From NCBI GenBank assembly GCA_964505355.1, contig CAZDHU010000035.1:2002-66001 (forward strand): a stretch of DNA of 64,000 nucleotides, written 5' to 3'. A model generated the notes under the pieces. That model made no database searches. It saw only the letters and a list, made by a program, of their open reading frames with translations, and was not told the origin of the DNA. The DNA comes from an uncultured Myxococcaceae bacterium (lineage in GTDB: Bacteria; Myxococcota_A; UBA9160). A program made the position numbers and the translations under genes. This document shows, piece after piece, positions 1 to 7,397 of this stretch. Numbering within the stretch: position 1 is the first letter of the stretch; each line of letters opens with the position of its first letter.

Positions 1-1
1 G

Positions 2-970
2 TCCGCGTCGGGATTCGGGACGCCGACCGTCTGGCTGGTCCACGGGGGTGGACTCCCGAGCAAGCAGATGCAGTACCACGACGTCAACGGCGACGGTCGC
101 GCGGACGCGATCTTCTTCGTGGCCGGGGCCGGCTCGGTCTACGTCAGCCTCGCACAAACCGGCTCGTTCGCAGCACCGGCACTCTGGGCGCAGTTCCCGT
201 CGTCGTCGCCGGATCAAGTGCACTACCCCGACGTCAACGGGGACGGACGCGCCGACGTCGCGTGGTTCGATACGTCGACCACGCCGGGTTACGTCCACGT
301 CGGTGTGTCGACGGGCACCGGCTTCACGACCCCGACCATGTGGGCGGGCCACGGTGGCGCGGTCGCCGCAGCCAAGCTGCAGTTCGGCGACGCCAACGGC
401 GACGGCATGGACGACCTGCTCTACTTCGACTCGGGAGGAAACAGCCTGGTCTGGGTGAACCTCTCGGTGGGCACCGGCTACAGCCCGCCGACCGCGTGGC
501 TCCAGCACGGCCCGACCCCGCCGCAGGCCATGAAGTATGCGGACGTGAACGGAGACGGAGCGGTCGATGCCCTGCTCTTCGCGGCAACGTTCAGCGACAT
601 CGTGTACGCCAGCCCGTCGACGGGAACCTCGTTCACGCCGGCCGCCAACTGGCTCGAGTTCGCGTACTCGACGGTGGACATGCTGCAATACGCCGACGTG
701 AACGGAGACGGACTCGCGGATGCGCTCTACTTCGATCTCCTGCGCGGCGGTGCGGTGCAGGTGGGAACCTCGCTCGGCCTCGACTTCGCAACACCGGCGA
801 CCTGGACCACCATCACCGCACCGGTAACCAGCGGCGACGACGTCGCATGGACGGACTTCGACGGAGACGGCCGGGCGGACATGGCGGTGCACCGAAGCGA
901 CAACAAGATCGAGTTGCGCCGATCAACGGGTTCCGCTCTGACGGCCGCAACGATCTGGCCGGCGCCGTAG
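2..970 (+). CDS. FG-GAP/VCBS-type repeat protein (beta-propeller), 5'-truncated by window edge
   Basis: Six to seven tandem ~45-aa units with the Ca-binding-like signature D(V/A)NGDG(R/L/M)AD followed by S/T-G-x-GF-x-x-P-x-x-W. The frame stays open upstream of the listed ATG(68) to nt 2, and the upstream residues (SASGFGTPTVW) continue the repeat, so the gene starts outside the window. Stop TAG 968-970. Confidence 0.8.
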   Translation, partial: SASGFGTPTVWLVHGGGLPSKQMQYHDVNGDGRADAIFFVAGAGSVYVSLAQTGSFAAPALWAQFPSSSPDQVHYPDVNGDGRADVAWFDTSTTPGYVHVGVSTGTGFTTPTMWAGHGGAVAAAKLQFGDANGDGMDDLLYFDSGGNSLVWVNLSVGTGYSPPTAWLQHGPTPPQAMKYADVNGDGAVDALLFAATFSDIVYASPSTGTSFTPAANWLEFAYSTVDMLQYADVNGDGLADALYFDLLRGGAVQVGTSLGLDFATPATWTTITAPVTSGDDVAWTDFDGDGRADMAVHRSDNKIELRRSTGSALTAATIWPAP

Positions 971-979
971 CAAGAGCGC

Positions 980-1018
980 GTCCCCTGTCGCGCCGGATGA
1001 CCGGCCGCGACACGGGAC
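980..1018 (+). terminator. GC-rich hairpin 10 nt after the FG-GAP stop codon, in a convergent intergenic region (candidate terminator, no U-tract)
   Basis: GTCCCCTGTCGCGCCGG-atga-CCGGCCGCGACACGGGAC forms a ~17-bp stem with one mismatch and one bulge. It lies between convergent genes (970 / 1203). Confidence 0.3.
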
Positions 1019-1202
1019 GACTCTTCCATCGGGGACGAAACCGAGATTCGCGAGTGAATCCGTTTTCGCAGAGCTTGCGTCCGGATCACCGTGGTCGTCG
1101 AACGTCGCTCGCGCGAGCACCGAGGGTTCATGCCGCGGCCGAGAAACGCCGTCGCCCGGGAAGTCCCGCGTCGGCGCACGCGCTCCATCGCCGACGATTT
1201 TC

Positions 1203-1946
1203 TCACTTCCGCAGTCGTGCGACCCAGCAGCGTGTGGTGTACGGGACGGAGATCTTTCCGGATGGCGGCAGCACGCGCCGAATCGCGTCGACGACGCGGT
1301 CGAACGCCTCACCGGCCTGGCGCTGAAGCGTCGCGTGAGACCGCCACGCGTCGATGTAGTCCTCGACGCGTGTGGGCGCGACCGATCGTGCTTCGACGTG
1401 ATCGACGGCTTCGAAGAGGCCGGAGTCGTCGATCACTGCCGTCTGGTCTTCGCGTCGAACACCGTGTCCATAGTCGGGCACGTGAGCGGTGATCGTCGCC
1501 TCGACTTCCTTCTGCAGCGGATCGTCGAGATCCCGGTGGTTCCACAGGCACCCAAACCAGCCCCGCACGACGGCGATTCGTGCGACCTCGCGCAGCGCGG
1601 CAGCCCGATCGACCACGTTGAACGAGGAGCCGAAAAAGACCATCGCGTAGCCATGGTCCGGAAGACCCGTCTGCTCGCCCGTGCCCTCGCTCCAGCACAC
1701 GTCCGCACCGCGCGTGTTTTCGATCCCGATCGCGCGCATCGCGTCATTCGGCTCGACGGCGTGCACGCGCAGGCCGCGCGCCACGAGCGGACGCGTCAGC
1801 TTCGCGGTTCCCGCACCGATGTCGGCGACCCGATCTCCGCGCGACAGCCCGGCGATTTCGACCAGCCGATCGATCGCGTTCGGCGCGTATTCGGCGCGCC
1901 GGTCGTAGTAGGGCGCGAGTGCGGTGTAGTTCCAGGTCGTCTGCAT
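1203..1946 (-). CDS. Class I SAM-dependent methyltransferase (candidate phosphoramidate O-methyltransferase, Cj1419/Cj1420-like role)
   Basis: 247 aa from ATG 1944-1946 (MQTTWNY...). SAM motif I VADIGAGTAKLT. The longer 641-aa track ORF upstream is Arg/Ala-rich read-through. Last gene of the train containing the phosphoramidate cassette. Confidence 0.85.
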   Translation of the reverse strand: MQTTWNYTALAPYYDRRAEYAPNAIDRLVEIAGLSRGDRVADIGAGTAKLTRPLVARGLRVHAVEPNDAMRAIGIENTRGADVCWSEGTGEQTGLPDHGYAMVFFGSSFNVVDRAAALREVARIAVVRGWFGCLWNHRDLDDPLQKEVEATITAHVPDYGHGVRREDQTAVIDDSGLFEAVDHVEARSVAPTRVEDYIDAWRSHATLQRQAGEAFDRVVDAIRRVLPPSGKISVPYTTRCWVARLRK

Positions 1947-2032
1947 GTCTTCTCCGCTTCGAACTCGTGCGCAGCCTACGCCAGAGAGACCACAGGCGCA
2001 GGTCGTCGTTCCGCCACGTCGTGCTTCATCGC

Positions 2033-3187
2033 TCAGGCAATCGGATTCACCCCCCATCTCGGATGTCGCACCGTTCGCTCGTAGAGCCATTCGATCTCGT
2101 CGGGTTCGAGCAGCATTCGACAGACGGCCGCGAAGAACGAATGCAACGCGGGCACCTCGGCGGACGTTTCGGCCACGGCGTAGGCCCAGTTCTCCGCGAT
2201 TCGATGCTGCCGAACGGGCGTGCACCGCGTGTCGAGCCGGCGTTCGATGCGACCAGACGGCTCCTGCCAGAGCATCGGAGCGCCCGCGGCGTCGTGCGGT
2301 CGCACGAAAACGCGTCGCTGGACGAGCGTCCGCAGGTCGACGATGGGACGTCTCGCGGCGCGCTGGAGCCAGCCGTCGAGGTGACTCTCGTCGGCCTCGT
2401 ATCCCATCCAGCGCAGGAACGCGCGCATCAGCGCTCCGTCGTAGTGGGCGAGTTCGACCGGATCGTTCCGCTCCTTCCACTCGAAAGACCGTCCCCGATG
2501 AATCGCCTGCATCGACCCGCCCGGCATGCGACGGGCGAGCATGTCTCGCGCGCGCTCGGTCGACGAGCTCGCAATCGCCCGGCGGATGCACGCGTCGTCC
2601 CGATGGCGCGAACCGAGGAAGGCGAGAACGCCGGCGAGCGTCTCCTCGGGCCGTTCTTTCAGATCCTCGAAGCGCACGAAGCGGATGGGCCGAACCCGAC
2701 TCGCGTGCAACCAGCGCAGGTGAAACAGCAGATACGTCTTCACGGCATCCAGCCAGAACAGGCCGGGAAAGTGATCCGGCCAGTCCGTGCGCCAGTCGAG
2801 AAACTCGGGCAACTCGCCCGGATACCAGCCGTTCATCTTCCAGCGGCGATGCAAAGAGAAGATCGCGTCTCTCGGGTCTCGCACCACGACGACCACCGGA
2901 CACGCGGGATCGATGTCGAAACGAACGCGATGCTCCCAGAAGAGCTCGATCTCCGGGATGAATCGGTGTCGCTCGCGTTCGAGCAAGATGGGAAGGTGGT
3001 GGACGATGTGTTTCCGAGCCGCCTCGCCGACGCGATACTCCCCGTCGCCGACGTCTTCCCAGTGGTTCTTCTCGTAGAGCAGAGACGTCGTTCGATGCCC
3101 GAGGGCGAGCATCGCGTTGACGAGCCATGCCAGTCCGCAGGCGAACGGAGCCGAGGTCAGAAAGGCCACGCGTCGAACGCGCGTCAT
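2033..3187 (-). CDS. Sulfotransferase-fold protein with divergent 5'-phosphosulfate-binding loop (candidate phosphoramidate transferase)
   Basis: 384 aa from ATG 3185-3187, overlapping the upstream stop as ATGA. 3'-phosphate-binding-like motif VVVVRDPRDAIFSLHRR and the FVRFEDLKERPEETLAGVLAFLG segment are typical of sulfotransferases. The N-terminal P-loop position reads SAPFACGLAWL instead of PKxGTTWL, so the Lys is absent. Confidence 0.75.
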   Translation of the reverse strand: MTRVRRVAFLTSAPFACGLAWLVNAMLALGHRTTSLLYEKNHWEDVGDGEYRVGEAARKHIVHHLPILLERERHRFIPEIELFWEHRVRFDIDPACPVVVVVRDPRDAIFSLHRRWKMNGWYPGELPEFLDWRTDWPDHFPGLFWLDAVKTYLLFHLRWLHASRVRPIRFVRFEDLKERPEETLAGVLAFLGSRHRDDACIRRAIASSSTERARDMLARRMPGGSMQAIHRGRSFEWKERNDPVELAHYDGALMRAFLRWMGYEADESHLDGWLQRAARRPIVDLRTLVQRRVFVRPHDAAGAPMLWQEPSGRIERRLDTRCTPVRQHRIAENWAYAVAETSAEVPALHSFFAAVCRMLLEPDEIEWLYERTVRHPRWGVNPIA

Positions 3188-3906
3188 CGCCAGTGCTCGA
3201 CGTCGCTCTCGCTGTCGAACTCCCACCAGGCTTCGTCGGTGTCGATGGTGTCGATCCGTTCTCCGGCCTCGATCATCGTCTGCAGAAGGCTCGTCACGTC
3301 GATGTCGCGAAAGCGCTCGGACGAGAGGGTCGAGAGCGTCGCTTCGATGCGACTCCACCCGTCCGGCGTGATCGCGAGCAGCCCCATGAACTGCCCCTCG
3401 ATCTCGTGCATGCCCGAAGGGCGGCGACCGATCTCGACCAGCCTGCCCGCGGCGTCGCGGCGAAAGGTCTCCGCGTCGGCGAGGGGATCGGCGAATCGCC
3501 GTTCCCAGATCTCGCGCCAGCGCGTGTTGTTCGCGACGACGATGTCCCCGGGTGCATCGGCCAACCTCAGGATCGTCTTTGCACCGAACAGAATGTCCGA
3601 ATAACACACGATGCCGGGCGCCTCGATCATCCAGGGTCGGGCCTGCCACAGCGAGTAGACCATGTTGGTGGTCTCCCACTGCGCATTGTGAAACGTCCGC
3701 CGGAACGCTGGCCCCTCGAGCAGATCGGCCCGATACCCGGTGACGATCGCGAGCTCGCGGATTCCGCCACCGCGCAGGGCATCGATCGCGGATTCGAGAA
3801 GGGGGCGCCCGTCGACGGACAGCAGACACTTCGGGCGCTCTTCGGTGAGCCCCTTCATGCGGCGCCCTCGACCGGCGGCGAGGATCACGGCGCGCCGGGT
3901 GCTCAC
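3184..3906 (-). CDS. MobA/LicC-like nucleotidyltransferase (Cj1416-like CTP:phosphoglutamine cytidylyltransferase candidate)
   Basis: 240 aa from GTG 3904-3906 (GTGA overlap with the upstream stop). N-terminal AVILAAGRGRRM nucleotide-binding loop. Sits between the amidotransferase and the sulfotransferase-fold gene. Confidence 0.75.
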   Translation of the reverse strand: MSTRRAVILAAGRGRRMKGLTEERPKCLLSVDGRPLLESAIDALRGGGIRELAIVTGYRADLLEGPAFRRTFHNAQWETTNMVYSLWQARPWMIEAPGIVCYSDILFGAKTILRLADAPGDIVVANNTRWREIWERRFADPLADAETFRRDAAGRLVEIGRRPSGMHEIEGQFMGLLAITPDGWSRIEATLSTLSSERFRDIDVTSLLQTMIEAGERIDTIDTDEAWWEFDSESDVEHWR

Positions 3907-4517
3907 GCGATCCCAAAATGGACGCGCAGCATCTCGGTGTCCGCGGAGGTCGGAACACGCTCCCGCTCGGGATGCCACATCACCCCCTGCACCCGCCGGT
4001 CCTTCGCTCTCACCCACTCGACGTGACCTTCGACCGTCCGTCCGAGCACTTCCCACTTCGCGGGTTCTCTTCGAATCGCAAACTGGTGATAACTGTTCAC
4101 TTCGCGCATCGGCCGGCCCGTCTCGTCGAGCAGTGCGTGCCGTGTCTTCACGTGGCCATCCACCCGCTCCAGTTCTCCTCCGAATCGCTCGCACAGGAGC
4201 TGAGCCCCGCGACAGATGCCGAACACCGGGATCGCGCGCTGAAGCGCGTCGTCCAGCAACCGCGCCTCCGTTTCGTCTCGCTCGGATCGATCGCCCCCGA
4301 GCGTGCAGAGATCGTTTCCCCCGCTCAGCAAGAGACCGTCCGGTCGCAACCGGTCGATCGCCCCGAAGTCGAGACTCGGCTGATTCGGAATCAGAATCGG
4401 CGCCGCGCCGATGTCGCACAGCAGCCGCGAGAGCCGCTGATCGAGTGCGTCTCTCACCTCGCCGATGTCGCCGTGCACGTCGACCCGACAGGAGACCAGA
4501 ATCAGCGGTCGCGTCAT
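3903..4517 (-). CDS. Class I glutamine amidotransferase / peptidase C26 family (Cj1417-like gamma-glutamyl-CDP-amidate hydrolase candidate)
   Basis: 204 aa. Nucleophile elbow PVFGICRGAQLL and His-Glu motif GVMWHPE. ATGA overlap with the upstream gene at 4514-4517. Confidence 0.85.
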   Translation of the reverse strand: MTRPLILVSCRVDVHGDIGEVRDALDQRLSRLLCDIGAAPILIPNQPSLDFGAIDRLRPDGLLLSGGNDLCTLGGDRSERDETEARLLDDALQRAIPVFGICRGAQLLCERFGGELERVDGHVKTRHALLDETGRPMREVNSYHQFAIRREPAKWEVLGRTVEGHVEWVRAKDRRVQGVMWHPERERVPTSADTEMLRVHFGIA

Positions 4518-6829
4518 CGAAGAATCTTGACCTGCCGGTTGCAGCCATCGATCGACAATCGCCGGGCACGAGACCAGGCCCCGTAGTTCGTCTCGCCCGC
4601 ACCGACCACGGCCGGCAGTTTCATCTCGGCTGCTCGGATGGCCATGTGCGAGTTGACGCCGCCGTACATCGTGACGAATCCCGCGATCCGTCGGGTGAAG
4701 ATCCAGTCGAAACCGGGATCTGCGTTCTCGATGAACACGATTTTCCCCCGCAGGTCGTCGCGCTCCGAATCGAGCACGGCGACGTCGGCCTCGACCGAGC
4801 CGAGGGTGACGAAGTTCGGCTCGGTTTCCAGAACGTGGAAGGTCCAGACGTCTTCCGGCGATACGATCAGGCTCGGAAGAACGAGTGCCCGGGTGACTTC
4901 GTGCGCCCGGCGTCCCTGTTCGATCGAACGCGCCATCGCAGCGGCCGGACTCTCGCAGGAACCGAACAACCTCTGGACGGCCCGAACGTCGAGGTGGCTG
5001 GAATCGTCGAGATCGAATCCGTGTTCTCGGCCGAGTCGCCCGATCTCGACCAGCGCGTCGCTGACGTTCCGCGTGAACAGGAATTTCGCGTACTCACGCC
5101 CTTCGATCGCACACTTCAGGAACTCGAACAGTCCGAGCACGTCGAGATCGAGCCGATGTGCGCGCAGCTCCGTCTGGATCGTCGTGTACTGCTCGATCGA
5201 GAGACGGAACGGGGTCGCCGCCGGAATCGGACTCTTTCGTTCCCAGTCGAAGTATCGATCGGGGTCCTCGTCGTACCGGGGAGACAGGATGTCGTAGGTG
5301 CCCGGCCGAAGATGTCCGTAGACGGCGAGAAATGCCTCGCGAGGAAGTCTCGCGTGATCCCGCGCCATCCGCGTACTCACGGTGTCGAGCGACCCCATGA
5401 ACTCGGCGCACTCGCGATCGGTGAGAATTCCGGACGACACCATCGACTTCAACATCTGAACGGCGATGAATCCGGCGCGGGCGAGTCCTGCGAACGGGAG
5501 CGTCCCGTACCGCTTGCAATCTTCGAGCAGCCAGTAGATGCGCTCGATTCGATTCATCGAACTCGACGCCAGCGCCCGATGCCGCTCTTCGAGAATCGAG
5601 AGCCGTTCGAGATCCTTCTTCCAGAGTCCGGTCTCCGGCGCGACGATGCGGACCGTCAAGGCACGGAGGCTCTCGACGATCCGCGTGATTTCGTCCGAGG
5701 TGAACCCGAATCCGCGCAGCCGTTCGATCTCTTTTTCGAGCTCGAAGTGATGACAGGAGAAAGCGATCTCGAACTCGACCTTGTCGTGGAGCTGTGGCGA
5801 GCTCGCCAGCCGGTCGAGGTAGTGCTCGACGAGTTTGTTCGCGAGCGCTTCGGGGACGTCGGCGGGAACGAACGAATTGAAATCGACGCGCACGTCGACG
5901 TACGGGCATCCGTGAAGGCTTTGGATCAGCGGCTGGCTTCGCAGATTTCGGTAGCCGTAGTTGTCGCGCTGGTACGCCCAGGTGCTGTCCGTGACGAGTT
6001 CCGTGTACAGCGAGAGCGCGAGCGGGCGAGGGCGCACGCCGACGATCTCCGCCGGATTCCAGTCGGGCATGATGCCGAAGAGGGTTCGAGATCCGAGCAG
6101 GAAGGGTTTCGGCTCCATCCATTGCGTGACCTTGTCGTGAATCTCGACGAGGCGCGCCCGCAGGGCCTCGGTTTCGACGCGACACTCCCGAGCGAGTACA
6201 AGCGGACGCACCTGCAGCAAATGAAGTCGATGGGCATCGTCGATGGCGAACTCGACGTCGAGCCGGTCGGAGCCAAACCGGGCTTCCAGCTCGTCGAGCA
6301 GCGCGTGAAGTTCGGGAAATTCCGCGCGCGCGTGCGACGGCGGCGACGAAAACGAGATCGCGGTCCTCGTCGCGCGACCGAGCCCCGAAGTCACGCCGTC
6401 GGTCGCGCCCGAATCGTCGTAGTTGATCACGCGGTAGGGCGATCCCGTGGAGGGATCGCGCGTGAAGGCCACCCCCGAACGAATCACGCGCCGGACCATC
6501 GGCTGCACGAAAAGGTGTTCGTCGTCGTCGAGCGGGTCGTACCGTTCGAAGACGGCATCGATCGCCGTTCGCAATCGATTCGCGTCCTGCACGTTCGGAA
6601 TCGAGAGGTATCGCCCGGCAAGAGAGCGCTCGATGCCATCCTCTCCGCTCGCACTGCTCCGGACGATCAGCGGTTCGGCGAATCCGAGCGTTCGTTCGAC
6701 GCGCCGGAGACACGATTCGGGATCACGCCGCCACTCGCCGAACGAAAGCAGACAGGAGGCGGGGATCACCGCGTGTTGCAGCGTTTCGCGAAGCGATTCG
6801 AGCGTCGTCGCCTTCGTTCCCGGCTTCAT
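4514..6829 (-). CDS. PEP-utilising-enzyme family kinase: ATP-grasp/PPDK_N domain plus phosphohistidine swivel domain (Cj1418-like L-glutamine kinase candidate)
   Basis: 771 aa from ATG 6827-6829 (ATGA overlap). N-terminal PPDK_N-type motif IVRSSASGEDG..SLAGRY. C-terminal mobile-domain motif GGVNSHMAIRAAEMKLPAVVG. No PEP/pyruvate TIM-barrel domain recognisable. Confidence 0.85.
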   Translation of the reverse strand: MKPGTKATTLESLRETLQHAVIPASCLLSFGEWRRDPESCLRRVERTLGFAEPLIVRSSASGEDGIERSLAGRYLSIPNVQDANRLRTAIDAVFERYDPLDDDEHLFVQPMVRRVIRSGVAFTRDPSTGSPYRVINYDDSGATDGVTSGLGRATRTAISFSSPPSHARAEFPELHALLDELEARFGSDRLDVEFAIDDAHRLHLLQVRPLVLARECRVETEALRARLVEIHDKVTQWMEPKPFLLGSRTLFGIMPDWNPAEIVGVRPRPLALSLYTELVTDSTWAYQRDNYGYRNLRSQPLIQSLHGCPYVDVRVDFNSFVPADVPEALANKLVEHYLDRLASSPQLHDKVEFEIAFSCHHFELEKEIERLRGFGFTSDEITRIVESLRALTVRIVAPETGLWKKDLERLSILEERHRALASSSMNRIERIYWLLEDCKRYGTLPFAGLARAGFIAVQMLKSMVSSGILTDRECAEFMGSLDTVSTRMARDHARLPREAFLAVYGHLRPGTYDILSPRYDEDPDRYFDWERKSPIPAATPFRLSIEQYTTIQTELRAHRLDLDVLGLFEFLKCAIEGREYAKFLFTRNVSDALVEIGRLGREHGFDLDDSSHLDVRAVQRLFGSCESPAAAMARSIEQGRRAHEVTRALVLPSLIVSPEDVWTFHVLETEPNFVTLGSVEADVAVLDSERDDLRGKIVFIENADPGFDWIFTRRIAGFVTMYGGVNSHMAIRAAEMKLPAVVGAGETNYGAWSRARRLSIDGCNRQVKILR

Positions 6830-7365
6830 GCGATCGCTCCGAGCAGCGTTCCCCGAATCGTCGCCATCGCCTGCTCCCGCATGCCGGCGATCGGCAACCC
6901 GGATTCGCCGAGGTCGAACACGAGATCGGGATGCGCCGGCTCTTCCGGCTCCAGATCCACGCCGACCACCGGACCCGTACCCGGCTTCGCAGCGTAGAGG
7001 TCGTGCTGGTTCCGGGCTCGCAGCAGGGCGTTCGGAGCCCGCAGGTAGATCTCGAGATAGCGCGGAACGCGTCTGCGATTTCGTTCTCGAACGGACTCGA
7101 ACATCGAGACCGTACAGCAAATCACGTTCACGCCCTGGTCGGTGAGCAGCGTGCAAAGGCGCGAGTAGAACTGCGCGCAGCGGAGTCGTCCGTCACGGTC
7201 GTATCCAAAGACGCCACCGGCGACTTCGCGCAGCTCGTCGCCGTCGAGCAAGACGGCGGGCGTACCGGAGGCCACGAGCGAATCACGCAGACTTCGTCCC
7301 AGCGTCGTCTTTCCGGAACCCGCGAGTCCGGTGACCCAGACCAGAAATCCTTCTCTCGCCTCCAT
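6826..7365 (-). CDS. Adenylylsulfate-kinase-fold kinase (Cj1415-like cytidine diphosphoramidate 3'-kinase candidate)
   Basis: 179 aa from ATG 7363-7365. The track start at 7401 is a TTG. P-loop VTGLAGSGKTTLG and LLDGDELR as in APS kinases. No ATP sulfurylase gene nearby. Confidence 0.8.
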   Translation of the reverse strand: MEAREGFLVWVTGLAGSGKTTLGRSLRDSLVASGTPAVLLDGDELREVAGGVFGYDRDGRLRCAQFYSRLCTLLTDQGVNVICCTVSMFESVRERNRRRVPRYLEIYLRAPNALLRARNQHDLYAAKPGTGPVVGVDLEPEEPAHPDLVFDLGESGLPIAGMREQAMATIRGTLLGAIA

Positions 7366-7397
7366 TCCGAGCACGTTCACCGTCCTCGCACATCGAG

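Noticed and set aside
1203-3128. Long N-terminal extensions of many track ORFs (for example 1203..3128, 2033..3958, 3184..4602, 18209..20143, 20070..22205, 21356..23206, 27884..29941, 31323..34040, 46839..49223, 58295..61387)
   Set aside because: The extensions run through the upstream gene in a different frame and translate to Arg/Ala/Pro-rich sequence. In each case an internal ATG/GTG coincides with the upstream gene's stop codon and/or an SD, and with the N-terminus expected for the family.
3740-6997. 1085-aa plus-strand ORF covering the glutamine-kinase-like gene region
   Set aside because: It is antisense to a gene with clear PPDK_N and phosphohistidine motifs. Its translation is Arg/Pro/Ala/Ser-rich low complexity with no motifs, a typical GC-driven shadow ORF.
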